From assembly GCA_013239625.1 (NCBI GenBank), contig MU054120.1, positions 669,721-711,653 on the forward strand: a DNA stretch of 41,933 bases, read 5' to 3'. Below, piece by piece: positions 36,790 through 41,933 of this stretch. A program made the position numbers and the translations under genes. Numbering within the stretch: the stretch's first letter is position 1; each line of letters starts with the position of its first letter. The notes under the pieces are model-generated. The model ran no database searches. It was not told the origin of the DNA and saw only the letters and a list, made by a program, of their open reading frames with translations. The stretch comes from Lama guanicoe. Lineage: Eukaryota.

Positions 36790-36835
36790 ATGTGTGTAAA
36801 TGTGTGTGCTTGTGTGTAGGTGTATGTTTGTGTGT
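36790..36835. repeat. Degenerate (TG)n tract
   Basis: Interrupted TG repeats are read directly. Confidence 0.75.
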
Positions 36836-36916
36836 AAGATTGTTTAAGAAGATGATTCAGTTTTTGTGACATATTTTAGTGTAAGCCCTGAGAGTTTTTC
36901 TTTTTTGTAATACAAG

Positions 36917-37400
36917 TGCTGACTTAAGCTTTGATTGCCAAGGCATCCACTTCAAAGACAGCTGTCTTGAGTAAACAAGTTGCTAGCCATATTGCTAGAT
37001 AAAGAGGTAGACACTTCCCTACCCCAAGTTTCTTAGATAACTGCCATTTAGGACTCTTGTTTTTGTTTNNNNNNNNNNNNNNNNNNNNNNNNNTAAATTC
37101 CTGATGTTTTAGATTCACCAATAAATAAAGAGCTTGCCAAACCTCAGGCTGCCAACCCAGGAGCCCAGTAAAAGCAGACCCCCTGGCCTGCATGCTCTCC
37201 ATCTCTCATTCTTTACCTGTGATCTTGATATGTGGCCCCAAGTATGTCATGTAGTTTCCAAGGTTTCTAAGTCATAAATTTTGTCCCTTTCAAAGTTTCT
37301 GATGGTCATTTCTGAGGGCATCTTGCAGTCATAGTAAGAACCAGATGGGCCAGTCCAGCCACAATACCAGTTATCAGCATACTGAGACTAGCACAAAACA
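36917..37400 (+). mobile_element. ERVL-class solo LTR (MER74/MER73-like)
   Basis: A TG...CA bounded ~480 bp block with CCAAT, a TATA-like 'taaaagcagaccc' and the end 'gactagcacaaaaca'. Confidence 0.65.
37069..37093. other. Assembly gap (25 N)
   Basis: Run of N. Confidence 1.
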
Positions 37401-38057
37401 CATATTCAAGTGGTTGCAAAATGCAAAAAACAAAATTTAAAGCATGAATTCCAAAATTTTGGGAATATTTGTTAGCAACAAAAAACTGATTCTGCGGTAT
37501 TTATATTTTAAAATATTTAGAAACAAAAGTGAGGATAAATTATAGCACTATATCATACTGATCATTAAATATCATTAGATTACTGCAATTTTTAAGACAG
37601 AATAATCTAGGTGATCTGGGACCAAATCAACAGTATGGGACACCTGTGGGTGTACTACTTAAGCAAAAAGAAATCTGGTAAATGAATGATGCTCTGAAAT
37701 AGAATTTGTACTCTTTTATCCATAATTGATGGCTATGTGAATTGCAGATTGTTGGTGACAGGTTGCAGTTCGAGTTTTATATCAGCTCACAGTGTACATT
37801 TTCTTATAAATTTTTCAAACTTTGATTAGTGAAAGGTAGCAAAAAAACCCTCTTCTTACATTGTTTTGTTTCTTCCCTTCTCTAATATCATAAAATATAT
37901 CATGTATTTCATTCAATTTTTTATATTTTTTTATTTCTATAGCTCTTCATATCAATTGGTATTTACTTTCGTGTATATAGTGTAGGAACCCTGTGTCGTC
38001 AGGTATTTTCCATGTTATCTTTGGTGTAATTTATTCTGCTTTGCCAACATTTTTTTG

Positions 38058-38080
38058 AAGAAGAAGAAGAAGAAGAGAGA
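38058..38080. repeat. (GAA)n short microsatellite
   Basis: gaagaagaagaagaagaagagagag. Confidence 0.9.
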
Positions 38081-38238
38081 GGCAGCCTAATGTCTCAAGA
38101 TAATATTGGGAGTTCTGTGTGTACTACGTATTAGCACAAATTTCTCTTATCAAAGAATCATGCATAGAAAAATTGGGCCCAGCTTCCTTGATCCCTTTTC
38201 TCTTTTGCGAATTATGCACTGTGTTATCCTTTAACTAA

Positions 38239-38680
38239 TGCGTTAATTTCCTAAGGCTGCCATAACAAATTACTACAAAATTGGTGACATAAATCAGCAG
38301 ATATTTATTACCTGATAGTGGCGTAGGCTGAAAGTGTGAAAACAAGGTATCAGCAGAGCTGGTTTATTCTGGACTTTCAGAAGAATCTGTTCTGTGACTC
38401 TCTCCTAGCTTCTGGTCTTTGCCAGCAGTCTTTGGAATTCCTTTCTTTTGTACTGAGTCACTCTAATCTCTGGCTCCATTATCACATGGCCTTCTTTCCC
38501 ATGTGCATCTTTGAGTGTCCTGTCCTCTTTTTAAGGACACCTGTCATTGGATTTACAGCCCAGCATGATCTGAGTTCATTGTAGTTACTTCTACAAAGAC
38601 TCGGTTTCCAGACAAAGAAGTCAAAATCTGAGGTTTCAGGTGGACATGAATTCTGGGAGGATATAATTCAACCCATTATA
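38239..38680 (-). mobile_element. MaLR solo LTR (MLT1B/C-like)
   Basis: 'ttcctaaggctgccataacaaattactacaaa', 'taaggacacctgtcattggattta' and 'ataattcaacccattata' are present. The 5 bp TSD is actaa / actag. Confidence 0.92.
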
Positions 38681-40264
38681 ACTAGGCATCATTTAATTTG
38701 GTCAATAATTGAATATTTATTTCTATCATTTGTGCAATTTTGAGAATAAAGAACAAGAGCACACTTATCATTCCTTTCCATTGTCTCACTTTGTAGTGGA
38801 ATTTCAGCATGTATTCGATGTCATTTTAAAATTCCCTTTCAAATGTATGATCTGTGTTTTCTACACAAGCACAGTATTATTATCAAACTCATGCTTCAGT
38901 TAAACCCTGAAGCAACATAACTGAAGTATCTATTTTTTTCTTACCTAGTTAACTGAAAAACCACAGAAATTCTGAAGTTAATTTGAGGAGAGTAAGGCAA
39001 AGATTTGGATATAAATTTATAAGGAGTATTTGAACCTGATCCTCTTTGTCATCCATTAAAACAGTTATGTTCTGCCTAGGTCGGCACTCACTAAGTGTGA
39101 ATTTCTTTTTTTTTTTGGAGTGATTTCTTGAATGATTTTATACACTTAAATTTGAGTACCAGTGCCATGCCTGATTCCTCATCTGTTCTCACTCTGACCC
39201 CACGTATCAGTCTTGATGATGTTAATTTGAATATCAACACATATAAAAAGCAAACTAATAATCAGTTAATTTGCAAATTTGCTGTCCATGGTGGCTGAAA
39301 TTTAACTGCAGAAGATCCATCACTGCTTTTTAATTTGAGATTCAATTCAACATGCAGTCTGCAAAATCTCCTTACTTCTTCAAAGAATCCCCACTTCTTT
39401 TAAGAACAGATAATTATTCACAAATTCTGACCATATAACTTGGAAAATATGACTTATGGTTATAAAAGGGAAACGAGATAGTGGATGTTTTTGCAGCTAC
39501 AGAGAGCTTCTCATGCTCTCCTTCCCAGTATGAAGGAATAGCATAATGTAGTGAGACCTCCAGCCATTCTAGTTCCTCAGGACATCAGTTAAGCCAGGCA
39601 TTTCTGAAATCTGTTTCTGTTCCTCAATCATGTGCATCTTTTGGAGATGTGTTTATTGCCCTCTAATTATGCTGAGGAGAATGGTGAGAGCATGAAATCT
39701 AAGCCTGTGCCCCAGTTGGTTGGAAAATAAATGACTCTGGTACCATTCATATTGATACTTCTGTAAATACTGTACTAGTTCAACGTTGCTCTGGACCTTC
39801 CATTTTGACAATGACACTTGTCATCTTTCCACCTAAGTGGCATCATACTCAAAATTCCTAATATGTATTATACCTAGAGAAAAGGCTTCAATAACATATT
39901 TAAAATATAAAGGCAAGATGAAATATTAAAATGGTAATTAATTCTACACTTCAAGTCTCATGAAATTATAATTGCATATTAATAACTACAAGTGGCTTTG
40001 GGTCTGATGAAATAATTTAATTTTTATGACAAGAAAGATTATTTCCAGAAATAATGTTCATTTTTCAATGGGGTCAAACTAGCATAAGTACCTTAATAGT
40101 CATGGTGTTTAACCTGTCATTCTAGGCAACTCTAATAGTTACAGCAGAGCTGGTACTACAAATAAAGATTGCATATAAAGTCTCATGAGAACAGAGGAAT
40201 TTATAATTCCAGAAAGTATTCTTCTGACATTACATAATTCCTGTATAAAATATAACCAAAAAAA

Positions 40265-40740
40265 TTATTGGCCTGATTTTTATCATTTATTTTATGATGG
40301 TAACACTGACCTCAGAGAATGAGTTTAAAGTGTCCCCTCCTCCTCCGTTTTTTAAAGTAGTTTGAGAAGGGTAGGTGTTAACTCCTCTTTAAATGTTTGG
40401 TAGAAATTACCTTGAAGCCCTCTCCTCCTGGACTTTTGTTTATTGTGAGGTTTTTGATTTGTTTTGTTTTTGTTTTTTACTGGTTTAATTTCACTGTTGG
40501 TAGTCAATCTGTTATATTTTCTGTTTGGTCCTTGTTCAGTCTTGGGAAATTGTACTTTTCTAGGAATTTGCCCATTTCTCCTAGGTTGTTCATTTTATTG
40601 GCATATAGTTGTTTGTTGTAGTCTCTTGGATGCTTTGGTTTTCTGTGGCATTGGTTGTAACTTCTCCTTTTTCATTTCTAATTTTATTGATTTGAGCCTT
40701 CTCTCTTGTTTCCTTGATGAGTATAGATAAAGGTTTATTC
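40265..40740 (-). mobile_element. L1 ORF2 fragment (linker to start of RT)
   Basis: The ORF at 40590-40772(-) has NKPLSILIKETREKAQINKIRNEKGEVTT. Downstream are IKNLTINKSPG.EGF-like motifs. Confidence 0.9.
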
Positions 40741-41933
40741 CTCTGCCCCATGATTACTAATTTTGACCTCATATTTTATCTATTTGTTTTGTGTATCCCT
40801 TAACTACTTATTGTGCACTTAGATATGATATGGCTACTTTCGTCTTTTAACTTTTTTACCAGCTTTGTATATGGTTGATTGATTTACTACTATTATTGCA
40901 TAATTGTCCTTTTCAGTGAGCTTTTTCCTTTCATAATTTTCATGTTTCTACTTGTGGCCTTTTCTTTTTCACTTAGAGAAATCTCTAACGTTTGGTTTGG
41001 TGGTGCTGACTCTTAGAAATTTTGCTTGTCTGCAGAACTTTTGGTCTCTTGACCAAATCTGTAAGAAAGCCTTTCTAGCTAGAGTATTCTTGGCTATAGC
41101 TTTCTCCCTTTCATCACACTGAACATATTGTGCCACTTCTTTCTGGCCTTCAGAGCTTCTGTTGAGAAGTCATCTGATAGCCTTTTGGGAGTTCCCTTGT
41201 GTGTAACTTACTGCTTTTCCCTTGCTGCTTTTAATATTCTTTATTTTTAGTTTTTTGCCATTTTAATTGCAGTGTGTCTTGGTGTGGTCCTCTTTGGGTT
41301 GATCTTGTTAGGACTCTGCTTCCTAGACTTGGATGTCAGATGTCTTGTTTCCCAAGTTAGGGAAGTTTTCAGCTATTACGTCTTCAGATATATTCTCTGC
41401 CCCTTCTTCTCCCTCTTCTCTGAGGCCGCTAATGCAAATGTCAGTATGCTAAATGTAATCTCAGAGGTCTCTTAAAAATGTCCTCATTTCTTTTTCTTTT
41501 ATTTTTTTTTTCCTCAGCTTCAGTGATTTCCACTACTCGGTCTTCCAGCTCTCTGATTCCTCTGTATCATTTAGTCTAATATTGATTCCTTCTATTATAT
41601 TTTTTATTTCAGTTATTATATTCTTCCACTCTGGTTAATCTTTATATTTTTTAACTCTTTGTTAAAAACTTGTAACATCGTTCTTAGTTTATGCATTCTT
41701 CTCCTGAGTTCTTCTATCATATTTATTATCATTACCTTGAACTCTTTCTCAGGTTGATTACCTATTTCCACTTCACTTTTTCTTCTGGGGTTTCATCTTG
41801 TTCCTTCACTTGGAACATGTTCCTCTATTTCCTTATTTTGCCTAACTTGCTGTTTTTATGTATGTGTATCTTGTAGGTTGGTCGTGTTTCCTGAGCTTGG
41901 AGACGTGGCTTTTTGTAGGAGAAGTCCTACGAG
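40741..41933 (-). mobile_element. L1 inter-ORF spacer, ORF1 pseudogene and start of 5'UTR (runs off window)
   Basis: The minus strand reads RNMFQVKEQDETPEE...EIGNQPEKEFKVMI near 41820, then NPKRTTPRH, KGTPKRLSDDFSTEALKARKKWHNMF and PRIL motifs. Confidence 0.9.

Noticed and set aside
1..41933. CRISPR arrays, operons or prokaryotic defence systems
   Set aside because: The sequence is mammalian non-coding DNA with no repeat-spacer arrays and no gene-dense ORFs.

Overview
This is AT-rich, non-coding mammalian DNA (intronic or intergenic). It is most likely from a camelid, based on a Vic-1-like tRNA-derived SINE and the young L1 3' ends. I found no recognisable host gene, RNA gene or prokaryotic system. 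The window is a mosaic of decayed transposable elements: several L1 generations, L2, MIR, solo LTRs (ERV1-like, MLT1, MER21-, LTR33- and MER74-like) and a Tigger1 transposase fragment. It also has simple repeats and two assembly gaps. The most notable structures are (1) a near-identical ~2.1 kb head-to-tail duplication at 21260-25225 that spans a gap and is probably an uncollapsed haplotype, (2) a young L1 at ~15333-17505 that keeps 5'UTR, ORF1 and 3' end but lacks almost all of ORF2, with ~60 bp degenerate repeats in its 5'UTR, and (3) an older L1 with a deletion starting at the same inter-ORF position. Repeat subfamily names come from recalled consensus similarity, not from a database search, and most element boundaries are approximate.
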